Shown: positions 28,306 to 38,461 of the stretch, piece after piece
Layout of the letters: the number at the start of each line of letters is the position of its first letter
Position numbering within the stretch: the stretch's first letter is position 1
Source of the DNA: an uncultured SAR86 cluster bacterium
GTDB lineage: Bacteria; Pseudomonadota; Gammaproteobacteria; Magnimaribacterales; D2472
Assembly (NCBI GenBank): GCA_902560315.1
Contig: CACELG010000004.1
Location: 8,038 to 72,037, forward strand
Reading direction: 5' to 3'
Length of the DNA: 64,000 nt
Notes under the pieces: model-generated
The model's input: only the letters and a program-made list of their open reading frames with translations
Told to the model about the DNA's origin: nothing
Database searches by the model: none
Made by a program: the position numbers and the translations under genes

Positions 28306-30161
28306 TATATTTTTAACACCTGAATATTTTTATTGCCATATACTAAATTTACCATTGCTCTTGTACACATTATCGCCGTAAACATTGAAGTTATAATTCC
28401 AATGGATAACGTTATGGCAAATCCTTTTACAGGTCCGGTTCCAATAATGTATAAAATTAAAGCTGTTATTAACGTTGTTACATTTGCATCAAAAATTGTT
28501 ACAAATGCTCTTGAGAAGCCATCTCTTATTGCTGTTTGAGGATCTTTTTCTTTAAGTTCCTCCCTGATCCGTGAAAATATCAAAACATTCGCATCAACGG
28601 CCATGCCAACTGTTAAAACGATGCCTGCCATACCAGGTAATGTTAAGGATGCTCCAAGTAACGACATAATTCCCGTAATCAATACCAAATTAATTATCAA
28701 TGATATATTTGCTGCCAACCCAAATATTCTGTAATAAAAAATCATAAATAGTACTACTAAAGAAAAACCAATCATTATTGATTTCATACCTAGCTCAATA
28801 TTTTCTTTACCCAAGCTAGGGCCAACAGTTCTTTCTTCAACAAATTTCATTGGCGCTGCAAGTGCACCAGCTCTTAATAACAAGGCAAGCTCACTTGCCT
28901 CAGCAGGAGACCCTACTCCTGTAATTCTAAAACTTGTTCCTAAAACTGCTTGCACAGTAGCAAGGCTTATTATCTTTTTTTCTATGTATGATGTTTGTTC
29001 AATAACATTTTTGCCTTCTGGATTAGTTACAAGCTCAGACTTAGTTTTTTGCTCTACGAAAAGAACACCTAGTCGCCTTCCAATATTTCCAGAGGTTGCT
29101 TTTTGAATGGCTCTTCCGCCTTCCATATCAAGAGTGATATTAACTTGAGAAAAACCACTTTCATCAAACCCAGTACTAGCATTTGTCACCCTGTCACCAG
29201 AAACAACTACCGCTTTTTCAAGAAAAGCAGTTTGGAATTCATTTTCTTTAAAACTAAATTCTTCTTTTCTTAATGGGGAGGTTCTTGTATTTGCTTCAAG
29301 TCTAAATTCTAAATTAGCAGTTTTACCAATAATTTTTTTAGCAGCTGTTGGATCTTGAACGCCAGGAAGTTGTACAACAATTCTATTTGATCCCTGTCGT
29401 TGTACTATAGGCTCTGAAACACCAAGCTCGTTTACCCTATTTCTTAATGTAATTAAGTTTTGTCCAACTGCGTAATCTCTAATTTCTCTTAATGCAATGT
29501 CAGAATATTCAAGCATAAGTACATTGCTACTTGGTTTTTCTGTAATGATGTATTGAACTCCATTAATTACTGGGCTGTCATCTCTAAATCTTTTAAGTCC
29601 TCTGTTGTAACTTTGGTTATCTGAGAATTCAAAATTAAGCTTTAAATCTTTAATTGATGATTTATCAAATTTTATTCTGTCCTCTTTAAACGATTTTCTG
29701 TATGTGTCTAGTAATAATTCAAGTCTTCCCTGTTGAGCTGTATCAATATCAACCTCAAGAAGAAAATGGACTCCACCAGATAAATCAAGTCCTAACTTTA
29801 CAGGATTAGCTCCAAGGTCTTTGAGCCATTGTGGAGTTGCTGGTTCTAGAAAAAGAGCAATAATCACCCTGTCTAATAAAGCATTTTGTAAAATAGTTTT
29901 TGAACTTAATTGAGTATCAACATCCTGGAATTTAATTACTATTTTATTTTCACGTAAAAAGATATCTTCATATTCAGTATTTGAGTCTTCAAGAATATTT
30001 TCTAAATCATTCAACAGCGATTGGTCTGCTGACCTGCCTGAATCTGTATATGCAACTTGAATAGATGGTTGAGTTGGATATAAATTTGGAAGCGCATAAA
30101 TTGAACCCACTATCAATATAACTAGTATTAATAAATATTGGTATATTGAAAATTTATTCAC
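28305..30161 (-). CDS. secD: Protein translocase subunit SecD
   Basis: LGLDLSGGVHFLLEVD, RNRVNELGVSEP, LRAGALAAP, GMAVDANVLIFSRIREE. Confidence 0.97.
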   Translation of the reverse strand: MNKFSIYQYLLILVILIVGSIYALPNLYPTQPSIQVAYTDSGRSADQSLLNDLENILEDSNTEYEDIFLRENKIVIKFQDVDTQLSSKTILQNALLDRVIIALFLEPATPQWLKDLGANPVKLGLDLSGGVHFLLEVDIDTAQQGRLELLLDTYRKSFKEDRIKFDKSSIKDLKLNFEFSDNQSYNRGLKRFRDDSPVINGVQYIITEKPSSNVLMLEYSDIALREIRDYAVGQNLITLRNRVNELGVSEPIVQRQGSNRIVVQLPGVQDPTAAKKIIGKTANLEFRLEANTRTSPLRKEEFSFKENEFQTAFLEKAVVVSGDRVTNASTGFDESGFSQVNITLDMEGGRAIQKATSGNIGRRLGVLFVEQKTKSELVTNPEGKNVIEQTSYIEKKIISLATVQAVLGTSFRITGVGSPAEASELALLLRAGALAAPMKFVEERTVGPSLGKENIELGMKSIMIGFSLVVLFMIFYYRIFGLAANISLIINLVLITGIMSLLGASLTLPGMAGIVLTVGMAVDANVLIFSRIREELKEKDPQTAIRDGFSRAFVTIFDANVTTLITALILYIIGTGPVKGFAITLSIGIITSMFTAIMCTRAMVNLVYGNKNIQVLKI

Positions 30162-30166
30162 TTTAT

Positions 30167-30463
30167 CTATTTAATTGAATCAATAGTGCCTTTTGGAAGA
30201 ATGTTTGCAATGGCCGACTTCTGAAGTTTAAAAACAACATTATCACTTACTTCAAGTGAGATATATTCTCCTTTAATAGCTTTAACTTTTCCAATAATCC
30301 CACTAGCAGCTATAACTTCTGCTCCTATATCAAGATTTGAAAGCATTTCATTGATTTCTTTATTTCTTTTATTTTGTGGTCTGATTATCACTATATACAT
30401 AAATAGCAATAAAAAACCTAAAAAAAGTAGTGGTGAGAAAAGTGAGGGTGCTGCTCCTTCCAT
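30167..30463 (-). CDS. yajC: Preprotein translocase subunit YajC
   Basis: IIRPQNKR, SGIIGKV, KSAIANILPKGT; operon position. Confidence 0.92.
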   Translation of the reverse strand: MEGAAPSLFSPLLFLGFLLLFMYIVIIRPQNKRNKEINEMLSNLDIGAEVIAASGIIGKVKAIKGEYISLEVSDNVVFKLQKSAIANILPKGTIDSIK

Positions 30464-30471
30464 AATAAATC

Positions 30472-31587
30472 CTATATTGGCCCATTGGGCATATCTAAAT
30501 TTCGTTTATTATAAAAGTCTTTTAAGAACTTCGCGAATAAATTATCTTTTATTGCATTTCTAATGTCTCTCATTAAAGACTGATAATAATAAATATTGTG
30601 ATATGTCGCGAGCATGGATCCGAGTATTTCATTGGTTCGATGCAAATGATTAAGATATGCCCTGCTATACTTCTGAGATACTTTGGAGTCACAATTTTTA
30701 TCTATAGGTTCATCACTATCTTTATATTCTGCATTTCTAATATTTATAACGCCCTCGGAGGTAAATAATTGTCCATTCCTTGCATTTCTTGTTGGTAAAA
30801 CGCAATCAAACATATCAATCCCATACCTAACAGCCTCAACGATATCCTCTGGTGTTCCAACCCCCATAAGATACCTTGGTTTATCTTTTGGCAACTTATC
30901 AGACATGAATTCTAGTATTTCAGTTTTTTCTTGTTTTGACTCCCCAACACTCAAACCACCTAGGGCAATTCCATCAAAGTCAATATCTATTAATCTATTT
31001 AGTGAATCTTCTCTTAAATCTTTATACATTCCTCCCTGAACAATACCAAATAAAGCGGATTGAGATTTATGAGCAGCCTTACATCTTTTTGCCCATCTCA
31101 TAGAAAGCTCCATTGATGTTTTTGCCTCTTCGTGACTTGACGGGTAATTAGTACATTCATCAAAGGCCATAATGATATCTGAACCAAGATTTTCTTGAAT
31201 CATTATTGAGTCCTCTGGTTTCATAAATATTTTTTTTCCATCATATGGAGAGCTAAATTTAACGCCTTCTTCAGAAATTTTAGCTAAATCTCCTAAACTC
31301 CATACTTGAAAACCCCCAGAATCAGTTAATATAGGTTTTTCCCAGTTCATAAATTTATGAAGTCCGCCTTGATCTCTTATTAATTCATCGCCAGGCCTTA
31401 ACATAAGATGAAAAGTATTACCTAAAATAATTTCTGAGTTAGTTTCGTCTAGATCATCAACTGTTAGTCCTTTAACAGTTCCATTTGTACCAACTGGCAT
31501 AAAAGCAGGAGTATGTATAATTCCTCTTGAAGTTTTAATCTCAGATTCTCTTGCAATTTCTACAAAATTATTAGTTTTAAATTTCAT
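30472..31587 (-). CDS. tgt: Queuine tRNA-ribosyltransferase
   Basis: [53 protein letters not shown]. Note the C-terminal Zn site reads CDSKVS rather than CxCxxC. Confidence 0.97.
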   Translation of the reverse strand: MKFKTNNFVEIARESEIKTSRGIIHTPAFMPVGTNGTVKGLTVDDLDETNSEIILGNTFHLMLRPGDELIRDQGGLHKFMNWEKPILTDSGGFQVWSLGDLAKISEEGVKFSSPYDGKKIFMKPEDSIMIQENLGSDIIMAFDECTNYPSSHEEAKTSMELSMRWAKRCKAAHKSQSALFGIVQGGMYKDLREDSLNRLIDIDFDGIALGGLSVGESKQEKTEILEFMSDKLPKDKPRYLMGVGTPEDIVEAVRYGIDMFDCVLPTRNARNGQLFTSEGVINIRNAEYKDSDEPIDKNCDSKVSQKYSRAYLNHLHRTNEILGSMLATYHNIYYYQSLMRDIRNAIKDNLFAKFLKDFYNKRNLDMPNGPI

Positions 31588-32593
31588 TTTTTTTCAAAAG
31601 CATAGCATCCCCATAAGAAAGGAACCTATATTTTTTTTCAATTGCTATTTGATATATATTCTTCATATTTTTAAAACCAATAAAGGCTGAGACAAGCATT
31701 AATAAAGAAGACTTAGGTAAATGAAAGTTTGTTATCAAAAGATCAATAGCCTTAAACTCAAATCCAGGATATATAAACAGTTTAGTATAGCCCTTAAAAC
31801 CTTTATCATGATTTAAGAAAGCTGTTTCAAGCGCCCTAGTAGCTGTAGTCCCAACAGCAATTACTTTTTTTCCTTTTGCCTTAGTTTTTTTAACTTTATC
31901 TATGATCTCTGGTTCTACCTCTACAAATTCTTCATGGATATTATGGTCCTTTATTTCATCAACCTTAACTGGTTGGAAGGTTCCAGCTCCCACACTTAAA
32001 TTGATATTTACTATATCAAGTCCCTTTTTTTTGATTTTATCTAATAGCTCCTCATCAAAATGAAGTCCAGCAGTTGGAGCAGCTACAGAGCTTTGTAAAT
32101 CTTTGTTTTCATATACTGTTGCATATCTTAGTTTATCTAATTCTTCGTCTATTCTTTTTATGTATGGAGGAAGCGGGATATGACCAATGCTATTAAAAAC
32201 TTCCACTGGATCATCTTCAAATTTAAGAATAAAAAAATTATCTTTTCTATCAATGCACATGGTTTCATAATTTTCTATAAAGATTCTGGTGCCAATCTTT
32301 GGGCTATTACCTGATTTGATTTGAACAAGTGCCTTATTATTTTCCATGAATCTCTCAAGCATCACTTCTACCTGACCACCTGAATCTTTTTTACCAAAAA
32401 TTCTTGCTGGAATAACAGAGGTATTGTTTAAAACTAATAAATCACCCTCATCAAAATAATCTAGAATATCTTTGAAAAATTTATGCTCGATTTCATTATT
32501 ATAAACAAGTAGTCTGCTTGCACTTCTTGATTCAAGTGGATACTCAGCAATAAGCTCCTCTGGCAAGTTATAGTCAAAATCAGAAGTTTTCAT
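31577..32593 (-). CDS. queA: S-adenosylmethionine:tRNA ribosyltransferase-isomerase
   Basis: [55 protein letters not shown]. Confidence 0.97.
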   Translation of the reverse strand: MKTSDFDYNLPEELIAEYPLESRSASRLLVYNNEIEHKFFKDILDYFDEGDLLVLNNTSVIPARIFGKKDSGGQVEVMLERFMENNKALVQIKSGNSPKIGTRIFIENYETMCIDRKDNFFILKFEDDPVEVFNSIGHIPLPPYIKRIDEELDKLRYATVYENKDLQSSVAAPTAGLHFDEELLDKIKKKGLDIVNINLSVGAGTFQPVKVDEIKDHNIHEEFVEVEPEIIDKVKKTKAKGKKVIAVGTTATRALETAFLNHDKGFKGYTKLFIYPGFEFKAIDLLITNFHLPKSSLLMLVSAFIGFKNMKNIYQIAIEKKYRFLSYGDAMLLKKNEI

Positions 32594-32641
32594 GAGTTGC
32601 AGATTTTAAAATAGATAATACTTGGCTACAATGCTCGGCTA

Positions 32642-32726
32642 GCCCCATTGGCGGAATTGGTAGACGCGCGCGATTCAAAATCGCGTTCCTTCGGGAGTAT
32701 CTGTTCGACTCAGATATGGGGCACCA
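32642..32726 (+). tRNA. tRNA-Leu(CAA), 85 nt, long variable arm, encoded CCA
   Basis: Acceptor GCCCCAT/ATGGGGC, anticodon arm CGCGA-TTCAAAA-TCGCG, T arm ATCTG-TTCGACT-CAGAT. Confidence 0.96.
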
Positions 32727-32969
32727 ACTCAAATTTATGATTATTTTTTATTCATTTTTTATCTAAAAATAAAGACTAAAGTAGTAAAACTACAAAAAAT
32801 TAATTGCTTAAACGCCTTTTTTAAAAGGATTTATAAATATTTTGACATACTGTAGGTATTTATTGTTAAATGTACTACATCAAGTCGCTTTGCTGTAAAT
32901 TTGGTTAGTTTGGGCACAAACTCTTCTTACATTTTACAGACGCCCGGCAAATAAATCATAGGAGAATTT

Positions 32970-34865
32970 ATGAACACTTTAAATAGGGTTGTTCTGTTAT
33001 CTAGTTTTTTTGTCATTGCCTCTTGTGGCGGTGGCGGTGGCGGAGGCGGCTCCGAGGATCCATATACTCCTCCAACTCCATCAAACAGTGCACCCACAAT
33101 CACAAATACCGTATTTAATATTTCTGTTGAAGAAAATCAAACTTCTGCATTTACAATTTCAGCATCTGATTCAGATGGTGACACACTAACCTACTCTTTA
33201 TCCGGAACAGATAGCGCTCTCATGAGTGTTTCTTCTAGTGGTGTTGTAACATTCAACTCAGCACCAGACTTTGAAAATCCATCTGATTCTAACTCTGACA
33301 ATGTTTATGAGGTTACAGCAACAGTCTCTGATGGCTCATTAACTGATTCAGAAAGTTTTATGGTTACAGTCACAAACGATACTTCAGATGATGTAACAAC
33401 AGAGGGTTTCGATGGCACACTAGTTGCTGCAGGTCCAGTTCAAGGAGCAACTATATGTATTCAAGTAGAAGCTGGAAACTGTACTGGAGCTCAATATACA
33501 ACTTCAACTTCACAAGACGGAACTTTTTCATTAACAGTTGACTCAGGCACTACTGGAGTCCTTCGAGGTGAAGGTGGATTTGACCCTGTTACAAATCTTC
33601 AATTTGGTGAGGGCGATAGTCTTGCCCTGGGTCAACCTGTTACTGATCAAAGCTTAGTTATTTCTGCTATTAGTCAACTTATGAATGAAGACAATAGTAC
33701 TGATTATGATTCATTCAAAACTAAATTAGGTATTGATCCATCTTTTATGATTAGATTTGATAATCCATTTTCTAATCTCGATAATGCAGCAAATAACAAA
33801 GCTGCTGTAATTAATACACAACTAGTTGTTTTAGGTGAGGTATTAGAAGAGATCCACACAGTTAACACTGGAAGCCGCGGTAATAGGGTTGCTGATGCGA
33901 TCATTGGAAGATCAACAACAGAGACATCTCTTGGCGATACTACTTTTATAAAAGATCTTTTAACAAATTATGACACTGAATTTACACCATCAAGTCAACA
34001 ATTAATCGATTTATCCTCAGGCATATCAGCTTATATGCAAAAAATTAATGCTAACTCCACTAATTCACATTCACATTTCTTGCAAGTTGGTGTGTCTGAG
34101 CTTAAAACTCTAATGAGTGCTGTTATGGATGGCACTGCCTCATCTACTGAATTAGATAAATTAGTTTTTAATACTATCGATTGGATTAATGATGATACTT
34201 CATGGAGTGGTGGAACGATTGCCGATAACGAATCAAACCTTAATGCAATGAACTATACTCTTTCAAACGCTGGAAGTGTGAATTATTTGGTAGATAATGT
34301 TGATCCTTCCAATACAGAATTTATAATCTATGTAAAAGAGGGAGATGTCATTAAATTCGAAGCTTCTACTGCTCTTCAATCAGGTCATCCGTTTAAGATG
34401 TCAACAGTTCAAAATGCTACTAGCACTGATTCAGGTCAAATTGGAACTGCTGAAGGATGGAATCAGGATACGATGACTTTAACTGTGAGTTCATCAACTC
34501 CAGAAACTCTTTATCCCTATTGTGATTTTCACTCTGGAATGTATTTAGAGGGAAAAATCGTAAAAGTATCTTCATATACTCAGGCGAATATTGATATTAC
34601 AAGTTCTACTGATGCTCTTCAAGTTAAAGGAACAGTTGCAACTGGTCCTTTTAAAGGTGCATCTGGTTATACCTATAAAGTATATCTAAATTCTCAGGGC
34701 GGGTCAGAACATACTCATACTTTTCATGAATATCCGGGATTAACTTTTTATATGCCTGCTGATCAAGGATATCATGGCTCTGAAACATCCAGTACAGATA
34801 CACCATTTAAAGCAAAATCTCACTATGTAACAACCGGTGATGACAGTATTAGTGACGATTATTAA
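32970..34865 (+). CDS. Surface lipoprotein: cadherin domain, prealbumin-like domain, helical region and C-terminal cupredoxin-like domain
   Basis: Lipobox VIASC-GGGGGGGG; SDSDGDTLTYSLSGTDS...PDFENPSD...YEV cadherin repeat; GHPF...YCDFHSGM; AGGAG RBS. Confidence 0.75.
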   Translation: MNTLNRVVLLSSFFVIASCGGGGGGGGSEDPYTPPTPSNSAPTITNTVFNISVEENQTSAFTISASDSDGDTLTYSLSGTDSALMSVSSSGVVTFNSAPDFENPSDSNSDNVYEVTATVSDGSLTDSESFMVTVTNDTSDDVTTEGFDGTLVAAGPVQGATICIQVEAGNCTGAQYTTSTSQDGTFSLTVDSGTTGVLRGEGGFDPVTNLQFGEGDSLALGQPVTDQSLVISAISQLMNEDNSTDYDSFKTKLGIDPSFMIRFDNPFSNLDNAANNKAAVINTQLVVLGEVLEEIHTVNTGSRGNRVADAIIGRSTTETSLGDTTFIKDLLTNYDTEFTPSSQQLIDLSSGISAYMQKINANSTNSHSHFLQVGVSELKTLMSAVMDGTASSTELDKLVFNTIDWINDDTSWSGGTIADNESNLNAMNYTLSNAGSVNYLVDNVDPSNTEFIIYVKEGDVIKFEASTALQSGHPFKMSTVQNATSTDSGQIGTAEGWNQDTMTLTVSSSTPETLYPYCDFHSGMYLEGKIVKVSSYTQANIDITSSTDALQVKGTVATGPFKGASGYTYKVYLNSQGGSEHTHTFHEYPGLTFYMPADQGYHGSETSSTDTPFKAKSHYVTTGDDSISDDY

Positions 34866-34887
34866 TTGCGTCTAACTGCATGCATTG

Positions 34888-34917
34888 AAAATGCGGCCAA
34901 TTGGTCGCATTTTTTTT
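34888..34917 (+). terminator. Intrinsic terminator
   Basis: AAAATGCGGCC-AATT-GGTCGCATTTT plus a T run. Confidence 0.8.
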
Positions 34918-35221
34918 AATATCTTCTTAAATTTTTTGCTAACTTCTTTGCAAACTTTTTATATTGCTTCATTGCAGAATTATAATCTCTAGTCTGATAT
35001 CTATCCGCCAAAGAGTAACCATCCCAATAATATATAGAAAAAAGACCATCATTTTTTATTTCCAGTTCAACTGAAGCTGGATCTGCATTTTCATTCGAAT
35101 TCTCAAAAATAGTTACTTTGTTATCAGATACTTCACATGAAGTATTATTTAAATCATTAAAAAAGGATTTATGAAGGTTAAAAAATTTTATCTTATCTTC
35201 ACTTATGTTTGTTTTGGTCAT
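34916..35221 (-). CDS. Hypothetical protein
   Basis: ~101-aa ORF at the end of the long minus-strand operon; no motif recognised. Confidence 0.55.
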   Translation of the reverse strand: MTKTNISEDKIKFFNLHKSFFNDLNNTSCEVSDNKVTIFENSNENADPASVELEIKNDGLFSIYYWDGYSLADRYQTRDYNSAMKQYKKFAKKLAKNLRRY

Positions 35222-35450
35222 ATGAATGATGCCTGCCAACTTTAAAGGATCTTAATTCTGAATGCTTTGTTTTTCTCCCTCTAACTCTTTTACGCCATAA
35301 ATTAAAACTATTTCTATTGAGATTGTCTCTCATGATCTTAACAACTTCATCATGAGATAAATTAAATTGTGCCTCAATTGCATCAAACGGAGTTCTGTCC
35401 TCCCATGCCATTTCAATAATCCTTGATATGTCTGCTTCAGATAAATTCAT
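35199..35450 (-). CDS. DUF2805 (TIGR03643) family protein
   Basis: RIIEMAWEDRTPFDAIEAQF...EVVKIMR......SFNLWRKRV.GRKTKH. Confidence 0.9.
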   Translation of the reverse strand: MNLSEADISRIIEMAWEDRTPFDAIEAQFNLSHDEVVKIMRDNLNRNSFNLWRKRVRGRKTKHSELRSFKVGRHHSYDQNKHK

Positions 35451-36518
35451 TTAATTTGATAATAAGACTATATTATTTGCTGCATTATCATAGGTAAAGT
35501 AAGCATCTTGGAGATGTCTTTTGCCATTAGGTTCGAAAGGTTCACGAGCATGCAAGACTCTTAAACTTGCAACCACTAGAGCCTCTCCCCCATTAAGTCT
35601 AAAAGTTGAATGATATTTTTTGTCATGTACTCTTGATGAAATTTCATGATATGCCTTATAAAATTCGCCCACGCCATCTTTTCTTGGATCTATCATTTGC
35701 ATTAATTGATTTGAAAATCTAAAACTTTCGATTGTTCCATCACTTGCACACTTGATTAAAGGAGCCTCAGCATAAGTTTCATTGTCTTCATCAAATTCTC
35801 TAAATGGGACATTAAAATTCTGAAGAATAGAGAAATATTCTGGTATATCGTCTTTTAAATCTTTTACAACTTGCCACCCGTCAACAATTATAGATTCTCC
35901 ACCCTCACATTCATTTTCTAACATATGCAAAACCTGAACGCTTGGTTGTGAGTTATAACTGGCAAAGTCATTATGAGGCGGGAGTCCTTTTGGAGTATGC
36001 GCAACATTATATATATGGCCTGTAACAGAAACATTGTGAATTCTTTCAAAAAGAACTTCATTTATTGGTCCAAGTCTTTTAGCAAGCAATTCTAATGAGT
36101 TTGATTCTTGTGGTGCATTTTTAAGAATAATGACGCCGAAAGTCACAAAAGTTTTAAGGGCTTCAAGTGCTGTTTTTTTACTATCTAGAAATTCTGACCA
36201 ATTGTATTTTTCTGGTTCAAATTCATTTGGCCATGAACTATGTTTAGGATAGCGAGGTAAATGCAATTTTTTGATAAGATCAATTGGAATAAAAGTTTTA
36301 TGATCGTCAGGCCAAATAATATTAATGTTATTTCCGATTTCTTCTACATGCTTTGGAGCTATATCAACTGGAACTGAATGTAATAAAAATTGTTTTTCCT
36401 GGGTCTCAGTAATTCTACATTCATCGCACTGACAATTATCTCTGAGCCATAAAAAAGGAAGATCATATTGATTTGACCCATCTGACAAAAGAATTGAATC
36501 CTCTTTAATTTCTATCAT
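35451..36518 (-). CDS. Gamma-butyrobetaine dioxygenase-like Fe(II)/2-oxoglutarate dioxygenase (TauD family)
   Basis: N-terminal Zn module WLRDNCQCDEC...W.DDH; LPPHND; GGESIIVDG; RVLHAR; RHLQDAY. Confidence 0.88.
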   Translation of the reverse strand: MIEIKEDSILLSDGSNQYDLPFLWLRDNCQCDECRITETQEKQFLLHSVPVDIAPKHVEEIGNNINIIWPDDHKTFIPIDLIKKLHLPRYPKHSSWPNEFEPEKYNWSEFLDSKKTALEALKTFVTFGVIILKNAPQESNSLELLAKRLGPINEVLFERIHNVSVTGHIYNVAHTPKGLPPHNDFASYNSQPSVQVLHMLENECEGGESIIVDGWQVVKDLKDDIPEYFSILQNFNVPFREFDEDNETYAEAPLIKCASDGTIESFRFSNQLMQMIDPRKDGVGEFYKAYHEISSRVHDKKYHSTFRLNGGEALVVASLRVLHAREPFEPNGKRHLQDAYFTYDNAANNIVLLSN

Positions 36519-37246
36519 AAATAAATATCAAATCTTGTTGTTTTACCTATTACTTGATAATTAATATTACTATAATTTTTTTTAGACTTTAAAGGCCTTT
36601 TTAAAATTATTTTTTTATAATTGCTTTCCATAAAGCTACTAATAAATTCATCTTCATTGTTTTCTAAATTTTCAAGTTTCAAAATTTTTGTTATTGCATT
36701 TATGTTTCCTGATTTCTTGATATTTTTTTTTGTAATTGGGTACATAGGATCTAAATAAATAACATCTAATTGTTGGTTTTTTCTCTTATAAACATTAATA
36801 GAATCATCATTTATAAAATCTAAATTTTTTAATTCAGGAATATCCTTTTTTGCTCTAAAAATAGCATCACTAACAAGGCAAAATAATATTTTACTCTGTT
36901 CAACTGCAATGACTCTATGTCCAAGAGATAAAAAAATCATAGCATCAGTTAACAATCCAGCAGTTGCATCAAAGATGGTTAATTGATCATTATTTTTGCC
37001 TAAAGCTTTTTTTAAATTACTTTCATGCTGAGCACGTTTCATTCTCCACCCTAAAGCTCCTTTTAAAAAATTAATATGGAGAATTTCACGAGGATTTTTT
37101 GAATCTTTTATAAAAGAAAGGCCATTTGAATCATAGACCAAATAGTGACTTTTTTTAGGTTCATCAAAAACTATATTTGATTCAAGATGATCTGAGATAT
37201 TTTGAATGTTTTGATCGATGTTTTCTTTTTTAATATAAATTTGCAT
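36515..37246 (-). CDS. rsmJ: 16S rRNA m2G1516 methyltransferase RsmJ (YhiQ)
   Basis: FDATAGLLTDA, VIYLDPMYP, ILKRPLK, GKTTRFDIY. Confidence 0.85.
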   Translation of the reverse strand: MQIYIKKENIDQNIQNISDHLESNIVFDEPKKSHYLVYDSNGLSFIKDSKNPREILHINFLKGALGWRMKRAQHESNLKKALGKNNDQLTIFDATAGLLTDAMIFLSLGHRVIAVEQSKILFCLVSDAIFRAKKDIPELKNLDFINDDSINVYKRKNQQLDVIYLDPMYPITKKNIKKSGNINAITKILKLENLENNEDEFISSFMESNYKKIILKRPLKSKKNYSNINYQVIGKTTRFDIYL

Positions 37247-38035
37247 TTACATTAATAATAAAATAACTCCTAGCAAAACTCTATAAAGAACAAATGGGAC
37301 CATTCCAATTTTTTCTACAAAACTTAAGAAAAGCTTGATTGTAAAGAAAGCAAAGATCATTGAAGTTAAAAATCCAGTTATCAATATTAAAAAATCAAAT
37401 TGAATATCAGTATTTTGCATATCTATTACAAGCAAGACCAATGCACCGAGTATGGTTGGAATACCTAACATAAATGCAAATTTGGATGCATCTTTTAAAT
37501 TTAATCCAATTAGTAATGCTGCTGTAATTGCTGTTCCTGATCTTGATGCACCTGGTATGAGAGCAAAACATTGGAATGCGCCAATAAATAATGCTGTAAA
37601 TAAAGTAATTTCATATATTCCTTTACCAGATTTATTTCTTAAAAAAGCCAAAAATAAAATAGCTGCAAAAATTAAATTAGATATAGCTATACTCTCTATA
37701 CTAAAAATTCTTTGTTCAATTAAGTCTTTAAAAATATATCCGACAAGTACTACTGGAATCGTTGCTATTAATAACTGGAATGTTAAATTTTTATATTTCT
37801 GTAAGTCGATATTTTTAGTTAAAACTGATTGAGTCATTAAAAAAATATCTGATTTAAAATAATATATTACTGCTGCTAAAGTACCAGCATGGACAGATAT
37901 ATCAAAATATAAACCTAAGTCGTTTGTGCCAAATAATAATGATGGTAAAAGCAGATGTGCAGAGCTCGATATCGGAAGAAATTCAGTTAGCCCCTGAATT
38001 AAGCCAAGAATAAAACTAAGTAAGAAATCACTCAT
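37247..38035 (-). CDS. uppP: Undecaprenyl-diphosphatase
   Basis: GLIQGLTEFLPISSSAH, HAGTL, FALIPGASRSG. Confidence 0.96.
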   Translation of the reverse strand: MSDFLLSFILGLIQGLTEFLPISSSAHLLLPSLLFGTNDLGLYFDISVHAGTLAAVIYYFKSDIFLMTQSVLTKNIDLQKYKNLTFQLLIATIPVVLVGYIFKDLIEQRIFSIESIAISNLIFAAILFLAFLRNKSGKGIYEITLFTALFIGAFQCFALIPGASRSGTAITAALLIGLNLKDASKFAFMLGIPTILGALVLLVIDMQNTDIQFDFLILITGFLTSMIFAFFTIKLFLSFVEKIGMVPFVLYRVLLGVILLLM

Positions 38036-38459
38036 TTAATTTTTTAAATTTAGTTTTTTCTTCATACGATGGATTTGCATCTTTAGGATTAAACTTTGTT
38101 AAGTCGACTCCTTCTTTTATAAATATTTCTTTAGCTTTCAATGCAATAGAGTCTGCATCAAAATCATCTATATTTTCATCTTTAATTGAAATTAGAGGCT
38201 TTTCTAAAGCGACTGCTAATCCTTTCATATAACTAGCAACGGTTCTAGTTGCTGTATAAGAATTTTGATTATTTGCAAAAGCAAATAGATCTATTTCTTT
38301 AAGAGTAAAGGTTTTATTAAGTCCTATATTGCTTAAAAACATTTCCCAATTAGGTCTTTCCTTTCTTTGGTGCGTCATTGAACATGAATTTATTTCGTCG
38401 TTCAAAACTACACTCACTGAGGTTCGATCACCAGAACTTTTCATTGCTAGAATTTTCAT
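38028..38459 (-). CDS. tsaB: Short, divergent TsaB (YeaZ)
   Basis: MKILA..SS....SV; NSYTATR in place of GSFTGxR; KGLA.AL.KPLISI; directly downstream of adk. Only 143 aa. Confidence 0.65.
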   Translation of the reverse strand: MKILAMKSSGDRTSVSVVLNDEINSCSMTHQRKERPNWEMFLSNIGLNKTFTLKEIDLFAFANNQNSYTATRTVASYMKGLAVALEKPLISIKDENIDDFDADSIALKAKEIFIKEGVDLTKFNPKDANPSYEEKTKFKKLNE

Positions 38460-38461
38460 AT

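Noticed and set aside
33026-33049. GGC/GGT run as a phase-variable microsatellite
   Set aside because: Mixed Gly codons encoding the poly-Gly tether; not a pure repeat.
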